DNA of 32,000 bases, from the NCBI RefSeq assembly GCF_000014785.1, contig NC_008340.1, positions 1,440,001 through 1,472,000 on the forward strand. The letters run 5' to 3'. The stretch comes from Alkalilimnicola ehrlichii MLHE-1 (GTDB taxonomy: Bacteria > Pseudomonadota > Gammaproteobacteria > Nitrococcales > Halorhodospiraceae). Positions 10,162 through 20,642 of this stretch are shown here, one piece after another; within the stretch, counting starts at the first letter, position 1, and every line of letters starts with the position of its first letter. Made by a program: the position numbers and the translations under genes. The notes under the pieces are model-generated. The model worked only from the letters and a program-made list of their open reading frames with translations. It made no database searches and was not told where the DNA came from.

Positions 10162-10920
10162 ATGAATCCTGAGAATCTGAGAATCGTGCTGGTGGGGACC
10201 AGCCATCCGGGTAATATCGGCTCGGTGGCGCGGGCCATGAAGACTATGGGGTTGTTCCGGCTGGAGCTGGTGGCACCGGAGTGTGCGTTCCCGGATGAAC
10301 AGGCCACGGCGAATGCCTCGCGGGCGGACGATGTCCTCGAGGCGGCGGGGCGGCACGACAACCTGGATGCTGCCCTGGCCGGCTGCGGGTTGGTGATGGG
10401 GCTGTCGGCGCGGCCGCGCCGGATCACCACGGCCGAGGTCCTGGATGTGCGCGAGGCGGGCCGGCGGGTGGTGGCGGAGGCCGAAAGCCGGCCGGTGGCC
10501 TTGCTGTTCGGACGGGAGCGCTCCGGGTTGACCAACGCCGAGCTGGACCGGTGTCAGGCGCTGGTGCATATCCCGGCCAATCCGGAGTACGGCTCGCTCA
10601 ACCTGGCGGCTGCGGTGCAGGTGGTCTGCCACGAGGTCAACATGGCGCGCGGCGCCGGGGTGGTGGCGCCGACACGGCGGTCGGCCAGTGCCCAGGATAT
10701 GGAGTACTTTTTCGAGCACCTGGCACGGGTGGCGGACCGGGTCGGGTTTCTGCGCAAGCACAACCCGGAGATCCTCATGCGCCGCCTGCGCCAGCTCTTT
10801 TACCGGGCGGCCCCCGACGACCATGAACTGCAGATGCTGCGCGGCCTGCTGGCCAACGTGGAGCCCCACCTGCCGGAGTTGCCGGACGCCGCGCAGAGGG
10901 CGGGGACGAAAGATGAATAA
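10162..10920 (+). CDS. trmJ: tRNA (cytidine/uridine-2'-O-)-methyltransferase, SpoU/TrmH class
   Basis: 'LRIVLVGTSHPGNIGSVARAMKTMG', 'LLFGRERSGL' and 'IPANPEYGSLNLAAAV'. ATG 10162 is preceded by GGGAGTGGG. It is divergent from suhB, as in E. coli and Pseudomonas. Confidence 0.85.
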   Translation: MNPENLRIVLVGTSHPGNIGSVARAMKTMGLFRLELVAPECAFPDEQATANASRADDVLEAAGRHDNLDAALAGCGLVMGLSARPRRITTAEVLDVREAGRRVVAEAESRPVALLFGRERSGLTNAELDRCQALVHIPANPEYGSLNLAAAVQVVCHEVNMARGAGVVAPTRRSASAQDMEYFFEHLARVADRVGFLRKHNPEILMRRLRQLFYRAAPDDHELQMLRGLLANVEPHLPELPDAAQRAGTKDE

Positions 10921-11069
10921 AAGCCGCTCGGCGCGTAAACTGGGGCCTATGATGCCGCACTATCCCCGCCAGCACCGCTGTACCATCCGGTTGACCGGTA
11001 CTTGAGCCCGGCCCGGACCCCGTTTGGTCCGCCGCTTTCCCCATTCACCCGAGACAGAGCTGACTGTCC

Positions 11070-11912
11070 ATGTTCAAACGGATCAAAGAGGACATCCGCT
11101 GCGTCATGGATCGCGACCCGGCGGCCCGTAACGCATTCGAGGTGCTCACCACCTACCCGGGGCTGCACGCCCTGCTGTTCCACCGCTGTAACCACTGGCT
11201 GTGGCGCAAGCGGTTGCGCTGGCTGGCCCGGTTTTTCTCCACCATCGCCCGCTGGCTCACCGGCATCGAAATCCACCCGGGTGCGCGGATCGGGCGCCGT
11301 TTCTTTATCGATCACGGCATGGGGGTGGTGATCGGCGAGACCGCGGAGATCGGTGATGATGTGACCCTCTACCACGGCGTGACCCTGGGGGGCACCAGCT
11401 GGGAGCAGGGCAAGCGCCACCCGACCTTGGGCGATGACGTGGTGGTGGGTGCCGGTGCCAAGATTTTGGGACCGCTCCAGGTGGGCAGCGGGGCGCGTGT
11501 GGGCTCCAATGCGGTGGTGCTGCGCGATGTGCCCGAGGGTGCCACCATGGTCGGCATCCCGGCGCGCATGGCCGGGGTGCGTCCGCGCACGGACAGCGCC
11601 GATGACCGACGGCGGGCGGCGGTTGCCCGCAAGATCGGCTTCGATGCCTATGGCACCACCGATATGCCGGACCCGGTCGCCAACGCGGTCAACGCGATCC
11701 TGGACCATATCCACGTTACCGACGCGCGCCTGGAGCAGATGTGCCGGGCCATCCGCGGCATGGGCGGGGACGTGGAGGACACCCGCATTCCCGACGTCGA
11801 GGTGGACGAGCTCGATTGCGGGGAGCCTGCCCCGGAGGCGGGCGAGCAGGGTGTCGACGTCACTGCCGGCTCGGGCCAGGTGCGCGGGCGCCAGGACCGT
11901 ACCGGTAGCTGA
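11070..11912 (+). CDS. cysE: Serine O-acetyltransferase
   Basis: Hexapeptide-repeat core '[41 protein letters not shown]...'. The N-terminal region is of the short type, and the C-terminal tail is long and acidic. Confidence 0.9.
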   Translation: MFKRIKEDIRCVMDRDPAARNAFEVLTTYPGLHALLFHRCNHWLWRKRLRWLARFFSTIARWLTGIEIHPGARIGRRFFIDHGMGVVIGETAEIGDDVTLYHGVTLGGTSWEQGKRHPTLGDDVVVGAGAKILGPLQVGSGARVGSNAVVLRDVPEGATMVGIPARMAGVRPRTDSADDRRRAAVARKIGFDAYGTTDMPDPVANAVNAILDHIHVTDARLEQMCRAIRGMGGDVEDTRIPDVEVDELDCGEPAPEAGEQGVDVTAGSGQVRGRQDRTGS

Positions 11913-12023
11913 TCGCGGCTCGCAGGGAACTCGAAGCCCCGCCGACGAATCAGTATCATAGGGTCACGCATTCCCGGCCCCGGGCGGCCAGACGCCCCCG
12001 GGGCGAGCCAATGGAGGCAAGGC

Positions 12024-12350
12024 ATGGCAAATATCCAACTCACCGACAAGGCAGTGCGCCACGTCAAGGACTATCTCGCCCGCCATGAGGGCGGTGTCGG
12101 CCTGCGCCTGGGGGTCAAGACCACCGGTTGCTCCGGTCTTGCCTACACCGTGGATTATGCCGACCGGATCGAGGCCTCCGACGAGGTGATCGAGCAGGAC
12201 GGCGTCAAGGTGCTGGTCAACCGCAAGAGCCTGCCCTTCCTGGAGGGGACGGAGGTGGATTTCGTTCGCGATGGGCTCAACCAGCGGTTTGATTTCCGTA
12301 ATCCCAACGTCAAGGAGACCTGCGGCTGCGGTGAGAGCTTCACGGTCTGA
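12024..12350 (+). CDS. iscA: Iron-sulfur cluster assembly A-type carrier
   Basis: 108 aa and collinear by eye with E. coli IscA: 'GLRLGVKTTGCSGLAY' and the C-terminal 'NPNVKETCGCGESFTV' (three conserved Cys). RBS GGAGG lies upstream. Confidence 0.9.
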   Translation: MANIQLTDKAVRHVKDYLARHEGGVGLRLGVKTTGCSGLAYTVDYADRIEASDEVIEQDGVKVLVNRKSLPFLEGTEVDFVRDGLNQRFDFRNPNVKETCGCGESFTV

Positions 12351-12521
12351 GGCCGGCCGTACAGTCAAATTGCCCGCCACCGGGCCAGCAGGTACACTTG
12401 CGCCAGTCGCGCGGGGGGCCGCGCCGACCCGGGCGTAGCGGCAGCCACCAGCCAGTGGTGGCGGCCCGCCCGTGAACCCGTCTCAACCCCCAACACCACA
12501 CACGACACTAGGGAGTCCTGC

Positions 12522-12947
12522 ATGGCAGTGGAAAGAACCCTCTCCATCATCAAGCCCGACGCCGTCGCCAAGAACATCATCGGCGAGATTTACAACCGTT
12601 TCGAGAAGGCCGGACTGAAGATCGTGGCGGCCCGTATGGTGCACCTGAGCCGTGAGCAGGCAGAGGGCTTCTATGCCGTGCATAAGGAGCGCCCCTTCTT
12701 TAATGACCTAGTGGGCTTCATGATCTCCGGCCCGGTGATGGTGCAGGTCCTGGAGGGCGAGAACGCCATCGTCAAGAACCGCGAGATCATGGGCGCCACC
12801 AACCCGGCCGAAGCCGCTGCCGGCACCCTGCGCCACGATTATGCCGAAACCATCGATGCCAACGCCGTCCACGGCTCCGACGCCCCGGAAACGGCCAAAC
12901 AGGAAATCGAGTTCTTCTTCAAGGCCGATGAGCTCTGCAGTCGCTGA
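12522..12947 (+). CDS. ndk: Nucleoside diphosphate kinase
   Basis: '[15 protein letters not shown]' and the active-site 'NAVHGSD'. 141 aa. RBS GGGAG lies upstream. Confidence 0.97.
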   Translation: MAVERTLSIIKPDAVAKNIIGEIYNRFEKAGLKIVAARMVHLSREQAEGFYAVHKERPFFNDLVGFMISGPVMVQVLEGENAIVKNREIMGATNPAEAAAGTLRHDYAETIDANAVHGSDAPETAKQEIEFFFKADELCSR

Positions 12948-14064
12948 GACGTCCACATCGGCGGGCCGCGCGGATGGGCCCGTGAACCTGCTGGATCTTG
13001 ACCGGCAGGCCTTGAAAAGGCTTTTCGCCGACCTGGGCGAAAAGCCTTTTCGCGCTACCCAGGTGCTCAAGTGGGTGCACCAGCGGCGGGTGACCGGCTT
13101 CGAGGAGATGACCGACATCTCCAAGGCCCTGCGCGCCCGGTTGGCGGAACGGGTCGCGCTGCGGCTGCCGGAAGTGCTCGCCGAGCAGGTCTCCGAGGAC
13201 GGCACCCGCAAGTGGCTGCTGCGGGTCGACGGCGGGCAGGCCATCGAGACGGTCTTTATTCCCGACAGTGGCCGCGGGACGCTCTGCGTCTCTTCCCAGG
13301 TGGGCTGCGCCCTGGACTGCAGCTTCTGCTCCACCGCTCAGCAGGGTTTTAACCGCAACCTGAGCACGGCAGAGATCATCGGCCAGTATTACGTGGCCTA
13401 CGATCAACTGACCGGCACCGGTGAGCAGATCACCAACGTGGTGTTCATGGGCATGGGCGAGCCCCTGCTCAACCTGGAGGCGGTCATCCCGGCCGTGCGC
13501 CTGATGACCGACGACGACGCCTATGGGCTGTCCAAGCGCAAGGTGACCATCAGCACTTCCGGGGTGGTCACCATGCTGGAGCGCATGCGCGAGCAGACGG
13601 ACGTCAGTCTGGCGGTCTCGCTCCATGCCCCCAACAATGCCCTACGCGACGAGTTGGTGCCCATCAACCGAAAACACCCGTTGGAGCGCCTGATCCCCGC
13701 CTGCGCGGCCTATATCGCGGACAAGCCCCACCGGCGCATCACCTGGGAATACGTGATGCTGGACGGGGTGAATGATCAGGACCACCACGCCCACGAGCTG
13801 GCCCGGCTGTTGGGCGATATTCCCAGCAAGGTCAATCTGATCCCCTTCAACCCCTTTCCCGGGGCCCGGTACCGCTGCAGTCCGCGCGGACGGATCCTGC
13901 GTTTCGTCCGCATCCTGCAAAGCCACGGCCTGACCGCCACCACCCGGGTGACGCGGGGCCAGGACATCGACGGGGCGTGCGGGCAGCTGGTGGGTAAGGT
14001 GCAGGACCGGACCCGCCGCCAGCAGCGGCTGGTGCAGCGTGAACTGCGTCGGGAGGGGCGATGA
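12928..14064 (+). CDS. rlmN: 23S rRNA / tRNA adenine-C2 methyltransferase (radical SAM)
   Basis: '[32 protein letters not shown]' and the radical-SAM '[10 protein letters not shown]'. I chose ATG 12928, giving 378 aa, about the length I recall for E. coli RlmN. It overlaps the ndk end by 20 nt. Confidence 0.92.
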   Translation: MSSAVAETSTSAGRADGPVNLLDLDRQALKRLFADLGEKPFRATQVLKWVHQRRVTGFEEMTDISKALRARLAERVALRLPEVLAEQVSEDGTRKWLLRVDGGQAIETVFIPDSGRGTLCVSSQVGCALDCSFCSTAQQGFNRNLSTAEIIGQYYVAYDQLTGTGEQITNVVFMGMGEPLLNLEAVIPAVRLMTDDDAYGLSKRKVTISTSGVVTMLERMREQTDVSLAVSLHAPNNALRDELVPINRKHPLERLIPACAAYIADKPHRRITWEYVMLDGVNDQDHHAHELARLLGDIPSKVNLIPFNPFPGARYRCSPRGRILRFVRILQSHGLTATTRVTRGQDIDGACGQLVGKVQDRTRRQQRLVQRELRREGR

Positions 14065-14819
14065 GCATCCCGCCGTCGTTCCGGCCGGCGTTGATCCTGT
14101 TTTTGGCCGTCGGTGTCGTGGGCTGCGGCACCATGGGCCAATCGGGGTCCGGCGACAGGGACCGGGCGGTGGAGGTCAACACCCAATTGGGTCTGGGGTA
14201 CCTGCAGGAGGGCGAGTACGAGGAGGCCAACCGGCGCCTGGAGCGAGCCCTGGATATTGATCGTCGCTACGCCCCCGCCCATGCCGCCATGGCGCTCCTG
14301 CAGGAACAGCTCGGTCAACCGGAGGAAGCCGGCCGGCATTACCGGCGGGCGGTCCGGTTGGACGGGGAAAATGCCAGCACCCGCAACAACTACGGGCGCT
14401 TTCTTTGTGAACAGGGTGACCTGGACCGGGCCCTGGATCAGTTCGAGGCGGCACTGGACAACCCGCTTTATCGCAACCCCCACATCCCCCTCGCCAATGC
14501 GGGTGTCTGTTTGATGCGGGAGGGGCAGCACGAGCGGGCCGAGGACTATTTCCTGCGCAGCCTGCGGGAGAATGCCCGCTTTGCCCCCGCGCTGCTGCGC
14601 ATGGCGCAGTTGCGTTTCCAGGCCGGGGACCACGAAGGGGCGGAGGAATACCTGAATCGATACCGTGCTGAGGCACAGCACACGCCGGCGAGCCTGTGGT
14701 TGGGGGTCCAGCTGGCCCGTGCCGTTGGCGATGCCGATGCCGAGGCCAGTTACGGGCTGAGTCTGCGCAACCGGTTTCCGGATTCCCGCGAGGCTCGCCT
14801 ATACCGTGAGAGTCGTTGA
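14061..14819 (+). CDS. pilW: TPR lipoprotein, type IV pilus biogenesis/stability protein PilW (PilF)-like
   Basis: Lipobox 'LAVGVVGC' followed by TPR repeats. ATGA overlap with rlmN. It is in the conserved rlmN-pilF-rodZ position. Confidence 0.72.
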   Translation: MSIPPSFRPALILFLAVGVVGCGTMGQSGSGDRDRAVEVNTQLGLGYLQEGEYEEANRRLERALDIDRRYAPAHAAMALLQEQLGQPEEAGRHYRRAVRLDGENASTRNNYGRFLCEQGDLDRALDQFEAALDNPLYRNPHIPLANAGVCLMREGQHERAEDYFLRSLRENARFAPALLRMAQLRFQAGDHEGAEEYLNRYRAEAQHTPASLWLGVQLARAVGDADAEASYGLSLRNRFPDSREARLYRESR

Positions 14820-14822
14820 TAG

Positions 14823-15800
14823 ATGAGTTCAGACCACGACAGTCCGCTGTCCCCCGACCACGAGCGCGACCCCGGTCGCGGCGGCGAGACCCCGGGGCAG
14901 CTGCTCGCCAGGGCACGGGAGGCGCGAGGCCTGAGCCGGAAGGCCGCGGCCGATGCGCTGAACCTGCCCTTACGGACCCTTGAGGCGCTCGAGGGGGACG
15001 ACTATGACAACCTGCCGCCGCTCACCTTTGTCAAAGGCTATCTCAGGGCCTATGCCCAGCTCCTGGAGATTGACTCGGACCGGCTGCGGGAGGCGCTGGC
15101 CCGGCTCGACCTGGAGCGGCCGGCCAGCGGCGCTCAGCAGCAGCCGGGCCAGGGCTCGACGTCAGTGACCGGTGGCGATACCTCTCGGGGGGGGCTCCAA
15201 GGCCGCCGGCTCCGGGGCTGGCTGCTGGGTGTGAGTAGCGTGGTCGTGGCCGCGGTCATTGCCGTGCTCGCCTGGCTCTGGCTGGTCGAGAATGGGGTGT
15301 CCGGGGATAGCGAAGCACCACCGGTGGCGGAGGAGGGCACGGCGCCGTCCGAGGAGGCCCCGGCGGAGGCGGTGGTCGCCGACGAGCTGGCCGAGCGGAC
15401 ACTGCCTGAGGCGGTGGATGAGGTGGTCCCCGAGGCGTCGGTGCCGGACGACACCGGGGCTGACGTCAGTGTCCCTGAGACGCTGGAACCCCCGGTGGTG
15501 CCCGAGGTCGAGGCGGAGCCGGAACCCGCTGTGGCGGAGCCCGAGCCCGAGCCCGCGCCGGAGCCGGCCGGTCTGGTCCTGCATATTTCCGGGACCACCT
15601 GGCTGGAGGTCCGCGACGAGGACGGTGAGCGTCTGATGGTAGGCAACTACCAGGGCGAGGAGACCCACCAACTGCAGGGCGAGGGGCCCTTCGCCCTGGT
15701 CATCGGTAATGCGGACGCCGTTCGGGTGGAGTTCCAGGGTGACGCCGTCGATCTGGCGCCCCACACCCGTGGCAATGTGGCGCGGCTGACCATCCCTTAG
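14823..15800 (+). CDS. rodZ: RodZ-like cytoskeleton protein (HTH + TM + DUF4115-like C-terminus)
   Basis: N-terminal XRE-type HTH ('GQLLARAREARGLSRKAAADALNL'), a single TM helix (LLGVSSVVVAAVIAVLAWLWL), an acidic/Pro-rich linker, and a C-terminal 'WLEVRDEDGERL...VIGNADAVRVEFQG'. Confidence 0.75.
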   Translation: MSSDHDSPLSPDHERDPGRGGETPGQLLARAREARGLSRKAAADALNLPLRTLEALEGDDYDNLPPLTFVKGYLRAYAQLLEIDSDRLREALARLDLERPASGAQQQPGQGSTSVTGGDTSRGGLQGRRLRGWLLGVSSVVVAAVIAVLAWLWLVENGVSGDSEAPPVAEEGTAPSEEAPAEAVVADELAERTLPEAVDEVVPEASVPDDTGADVSVPETLEPPVVPEVEAEPEPAVAEPEPEPAPEPAGLVLHISGTTWLEVRDEDGERLMVGNYQGEETHQLQGEGPFALVIGNADAVRVEFQGDAVDLAPHTRGNVARLTIP

Positions 15801-15806
15801 ACCACG

Positions 15807-15861
15807 CGGGGCCGGCCGGGTGGGCCGCACCAGGCGGCGCGCCGCCGGCCCCTGTTTTTTT
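15807..15861 (+). terminator. Rho-independent terminator after rodZ
   Basis: GGGGCCGGC (15807-15815) pairs with GCCGGCCCC (15843-15851), and TGTTTTTTT follows. It lies between the rodZ stop and the hisS RBS (AGGAGGA, 15864-15870). Confidence 0.7.
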
Positions 15862-15876
15862 CTCAGGAGGACTTGA

Positions 15877-17166
15877 GTGGCGAAAGGCATTCGAAGCATC
15901 CGCGGGTTCAGTGACATCCTGCCGGAGCAGACCCCCCTGTGGCAGTTCGTCGAGAGCAATATCCAGGCCACCCTGGAGGCCTACGGCTACCGCGAGATCC
16001 GGCTGCCCATCGTGGAGAAGACCGAGCTTTTCAGCCGCTCCATCGGCGAGGTCACCGACATCGTCGAAAAGGAGATGTACACCTTCGAGGACCGTAATGG
16101 CGACAGCCTGACCCTGCGCCCGGAGGGGACGGCGGGCTGCGTCCGCTGTGGTATTCAGAATGGGCTGTTCCACGGCGGACAGCCGCGCGTCTGGTATGCC
16201 GGGCCGATGTTTCGCCACGAACGGCCGCAGAAAGGGCGCTACCGTCAGTTTCACCAGATCGGCGCAGAGGTCTACGGTGAGTCCGGCCCGGGCGTCGACG
16301 CCGAGATGATTCTCATGACCGCGCGCCTGCTAAGGTGCCTCGGGCTGGAGGATGTGCGCCTGGAGCTCAATACCCTGGGCACCGGCGAGGCACGCGCTGC
16401 CCATCGGGCGGCGCTGGTCGAATACCTGCAGGCCCACGAGGATCGGCTCGACGACGACGCCCGGCGTCGCCTGCACAGTAACCCGCTGCGCATCCTCGAC
16501 ACCAAGAACCCGGACATGCAGGCGCTGGTGGAGCAGGCCCCGCGCCTAATGGATTACCTGGACGAGGACTCGCGATCCCATTTCCAGGCCGTCTGTCGTG
16601 TGCTGGACCAGGCTGGGGTCGCCTACCGGGTGAATCCGCGCCTGGTCCGGGGGCTGGATTACTACAGCCGGACGGTGTTCGAATGGATTACCGACCGGTT
16701 GGGTGCCCAGGGGACGGTGCTGGCCGGTGGTCGGTATGACACCCTGGTCGAGCAGATCGGTGGCAAGCCCACCCCGGCCATCGGGTTCGCCTTGGGCCTC
16801 GAGCGCCTGGTCTCCCTGCTGGAGGAGTCCGGTATCAGCGGGCCGCAGAGCGGGCCCCACGCCTTCGTGGTCAGCGCCGACAGTCTGCGGGCCCTGCCGC
16901 TGGTGGAGGGGTTGCGGGACCGGCTGCCCGGACTGCGTCTGCAGATGCAAACCGAGGGGGGCAGTTTTCGCAGCCAGTTCAAGCGTGCCGATCGCAGCGG
17001 CGCGGCCCTTGCCCTGGTGTTGGGGGAGGAGGAACTGGCCGAGGGGCGCTTCGGCGTGAAAGACTTACGGGGTGATGCGGAGCAACAGCGGCTCGACCCC
17101 GAGGCACTCAGTGACTACCTGGCACGGCGTTGGCCGGAGCTGGCGGCAACAGAGGTGACGGACTGA
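15877..17166 (+). CDS. hisS: Histidine--tRNA ligase
   Basis: GTG start. '[19 protein letters not shown]' parallels the E. coli HisS N-terminus. Class II motif 2 '[16 protein letters not shown]' and 'GGGRYD'-like 'AGGRYDTL' are present. Confidence 0.96.
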   Translation: MAKGIRSIRGFSDILPEQTPLWQFVESNIQATLEAYGYREIRLPIVEKTELFSRSIGEVTDIVEKEMYTFEDRNGDSLTLRPEGTAGCVRCGIQNGLFHGGQPRVWYAGPMFRHERPQKGRYRQFHQIGAEVYGESGPGVDAEMILMTARLLRCLGLEDVRLELNTLGTGEARAAHRAALVEYLQAHEDRLDDDARRRLHSNPLRILDTKNPDMQALVEQAPRLMDYLDEDSRSHFQAVCRVLDQAGVAYRVNPRLVRGLDYYSRTVFEWITDRLGAQGTVLAGGRYDTLVEQIGGKPTPAIGFALGLERLVSLLEESGISGPQSGPHAFVVSADSLRALPLVEGLRDRLPGLRLQMQTEGGSFRSQFKRADRSGAALALVLGEEELAEGRFGVKDLRGDAEQQRLDPEALSDYLARRWPELAATEVTD

Positions 17167-17168
17167 CC

Positions 17169-17798
17169 ATGGCATCGCATCCCAGTGATGAGGAACAGTT
17201 AGAGGCCATCAAGCGCTGGTGGCAGGAGAACGGGCGCTCGATCATCATCGGGCTGATCCTCGGCGCCGGTGCCGTGGGCGGCTGGTGGACCTGGGGCGCC
17301 TGGCAGGAGCGCACCGCCGTGGAGGCCGCCAACGCCTATGCGGACTTCATGGCCCCGCTCAACCAGGGCGAATACGAAACGGCTATTCGCCACGGGGAGC
17401 GGGTGCTGGACAATCACCGCCGCAGCCTCTATGCCACCATGACCGCCCTGCAGATGGGCGCCCTGCACATGGAGCAGGGGGAGCCGGACCGCGCCGCGGA
17501 GCGCTTGCGCTGGGCGGTGGAGCATGCCGACAGTGCGGCCCTGCGTGATCTGGCGCGGCTGCGACTGGCCCGGGCCCTGGCCGCGGACGGGCGGCAGCAG
17601 GAGGCCTTGGAGCAACTGGACGATGGCGGCGCCTACGCGGGACAGATGGCCGAACTGCGGGCCGACCTCCTGCTGGAGCTGGGTCGCGAGGAGGAGGCCC
17701 GTTCGGCCTACCGCGCCGCGCTTAACCAGAACGACATCACCCCCACCCAGCGGGAACTTATTCAGATTAAGCTGGACGATTTGGGCGGTGGCGCTTAA
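17169..17798 (+). CDS. yfgM: YfgM-family membrane-anchored TPR-like protein
   Basis: 'EEQLEAIKRWWQENGRSIIIGLILGAGAVGGWWTW' parallels the E. coli YfgM N-terminus. ATG 17169 lies 2 nt after the hisS stop. Confidence 0.75.
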   Translation: MASHPSDEEQLEAIKRWWQENGRSIIIGLILGAGAVGGWWTWGAWQERTAVEAANAYADFMAPLNQGEYETAIRHGERVLDNHRRSLYATMTALQMGALHMEQGEPDRAAERLRWAVEHADSAALRDLARLRLARALAADGRQQEALEQLDDGGAYAGQMAELRADLLLELGREEEARSAYRAALNQNDITPTQRELIQIKLDDLGGGA

Positions 17799-17850
17799 GG
17801 GCGGCGTCGCCCGGTCGCCCGCCCGATGCCGGTCAAGTGGAATCGAGCCG

Positions 17851-19002
17851 ATGATGCTGTTGAAACGATGCAACCGCCGCGCCCTTGTGGCACTGGCTGC
17901 CGTGCTGCTCCTTGCCGCCTGCGGTGGGGCGCGGGAACTGCCCGACCTCTCCGACGTGGGCGACGGGGTGGCGACGGAGACCCTTTGGACCGCCTCCACC
18001 GGGTCGGGCAGCGCGTCTTCCGCCTACGCCCTGGTGCCGGCGGTTGAAGGGGGGCGGGTCTATGCCGCTGACAGCAACGGCCGGGTCACCGCCTGGGACG
18101 CGGAAAGCGGGGAACGGCTTTGGCGGGTGGATACCGGGCGCGAACTCGCCGCAGGGCCTGGTGCCGGGGGCGGGTTGGTTCTGGTCGGGGCGCGCGACGG
18201 GCGCCTGCTGGCCCTGGATGCCGAGAATGGCGAGGAGCGGTGGGTCTCCGGCCTGAGCAGCGAGATCCTCGCGGTACCGCAGATCGCCCGCAACATCGTC
18301 GTCGCCCGCAGCGGTGACGGCCGTGTTTATGGCCTGGATGGACTGACGGGACGGCGGCTCTGGATCCACGATCGCAGCGTTCCGGTGCTGACCCTGCGGG
18401 GCAGCAGCAGCCCGGTGGTGGTCGGTAACCGGGTGGTGGTCGGACAGGACAACGGCCGTCTGGTCACACTCAACCTCCAGGATGGTGAGGTGATCTGGGA
18501 GGCGCCCGTCTCTATACCGCGGGGTCGCTCCGACCTGGAACGCATGGTGGACCTGCACGCCGACCCCCTGGTCTTCCGTGGGGTGGCCTATGCCCAGGCC
18601 TATCAGGGTGAGCTGGCCGCCGTGGGCATGGGGGACGGGCGGGAGCGCTGGTCCCGTGATATCCCCGGCCATACCGGCATGGCCGCAGACAGTCGCCAGC
18701 TCTACGTGGTGGACGACCAGTCCCGGCTGTGGGCCCTGGACCGTAACAATGGCGCCACGGTCTGGCGCCAGGATCGGCTGCAGGGGCTGCGCCTGACCGC
18801 CCCGGTGGTGATCGGCGGCCACCTGGTGCTGGCGGACGAGGAGGGTTATCTGAACTGGATCGCCCCGGACAATGGTGATCTGGTGGGGCGGGATCGCCAC
18901 GGCCGGCAGCCGATCCAACGGCCGCCGGTTCCCGATGGCGATGTCCTGTACCTGCTGTCGGCCGACGGCCGGCTGGCGGCGCTGAGGCTGGTGGAGGACT
19001 GA
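17851..19002 (+). CDS. bamB: Outer membrane protein assembly factor BamB
   Basis: Lipoprotein signal 'MMLLKRCNRRALVALAAVLLLAAC' followed by repeated PQQ-like beta-propeller blades ('G.V.A.D...G...W'). It is in the conserved yfgM-bamB position. Confidence 0.88.
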   Translation: MMLLKRCNRRALVALAAVLLLAACGGARELPDLSDVGDGVATETLWTASTGSGSASSAYALVPAVEGGRVYAADSNGRVTAWDAESGERLWRVDTGRELAAGPGAGGGLVLVGARDGRLLALDAENGEERWVSGLSSEILAVPQIARNIVVARSGDGRVYGLDGLTGRRLWIHDRSVPVLTLRGSSSPVVVGNRVVVGQDNGRLVTLNLQDGEVIWEAPVSIPRGRSDLERMVDLHADPLVFRGVAYAQAYQGELAAVGMGDGRERWSRDIPGHTGMAADSRQLYVVDDQSRLWALDRNNGATVWRQDRLQGLRLTAPVVIGGHLVLADEEGYLNWIAPDNGDLVGRDRHGRQPIQRPPVPDGDVLYLLSADGRLAALRLVED

Positions 19003-19004
19003 TC

Positions 19005-19781
19005 ATGTGCCTGCTGCTGGTGGCCTGGCAGCAGCACCCGCGGTGGCCTCTGGTGGTGGCCGCGAACCGCGATGAATTCCATTCCCGCCCCACCCGGGCG
19101 GCGCACTGGTGGCATGAGCCGCCCATCCTGGCGGGTCGTGATGAGCGGGCGGGGGGCACCTGGATGGGGGTCGCGGCGCAGGGGCACTGGGCGGCGCTCA
19201 CCAACTACCGCGAGCCCAGCCGGCCCCGTCGGGGCCTGCGCAGCCGGGGGCAGTTGGTGCTGGATGCCTTGCAGACGCCGCCGGCCTCGCTCCGGGTCGA
19301 TCTCGAGCCGGCCGCGTTGGAACACGACTACGACGGCTTCAATCTGCTGTTCGGTGACCGGGAGCGGCTCTATTACGTATCCAATCGCGATCAGCCCCTG
19401 CGACAGGTGCCGCCCGGCTACCACGGCTTGAGCAACGGTCTGCTCAACGATCCCTGGCCCAAGGTACGGCGCGGCCGCGAACGGCTGGCAGCCTGCCTGT
19501 CCGGGACCTGGGGGGAGCGTGCCGACACGCCGCCACTGGAACCGCTGTTCGACCTGCTCCACGATGACCGGTGCCCGCCGGATCACGAGCTGGTGGATAC
19601 CGGGGTGAGCCTGGCCTGGGAGCGACGATTGGCGCCCATGTTCATCCGCAGCCCCGAGTACGGCACCCGCTGCTCCACGTTGCTGTTGCTGGATGAAGGC
19701 GGCGAGATCCATTTTGCCGAACGCCGGTTCGATCCCGCAGGGCGGGTACTCGACACCCGCCGGTTTGCCTTTAGACCCTGA
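19005..19781 (+). CDS. NRDE-family (TANGO2/DUF833-like) protein, function unknown
   Basis: 'MCLLLVAW...VVAANRDEF' (N-terminal Cys2 plus the NRDE motif), with 'GTWMG', 'GFNLL', 'GLSNG', 'WPKV' and 'YGTRCSTLL'. The ATG lies 2 nt after the bamB stop. Confidence 0.85.
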   Translation: MCLLLVAWQQHPRWPLVVAANRDEFHSRPTRAAHWWHEPPILAGRDERAGGTWMGVAAQGHWAALTNYREPSRPRRGLRSRGQLVLDALQTPPASLRVDLEPAALEHDYDGFNLLFGDRERLYYVSNRDQPLRQVPPGYHGLSNGLLNDPWPKVRRGRERLAACLSGTWGERADTPPLEPLFDLLHDDRCPPDHELVDTGVSLAWERRLAPMFIRSPEYGTRCSTLLLLDEGGEIHFAERRFDPAGRVLDTRRFAFRP

Positions 19782-19880
19782 GCATTTTGTGTTGTAGCCC
19801 GCCAGGGCCGATGATAGGCTCGGGCCGGATCCTGGCCCCGGCTCGCGTGCCGCAGCGTACCGCAGGCCGTTCTACAATAG

Positions 19881-20630
<750 letters not shown>

Positions 20631-20642
20631 GGCGCGTCCGGT

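Noticed and set aside
9844-10869. A 341-aa minus-strand ORF covering the suhB-trmJ intergenic region, considered as a possible hidden gene.
   Set aside because: It overlaps both the suhB 5' end and nearly all of trmJ in antisense. It has low-complexity Arg/Pro/His composition, no motifs and no plausible RBS.
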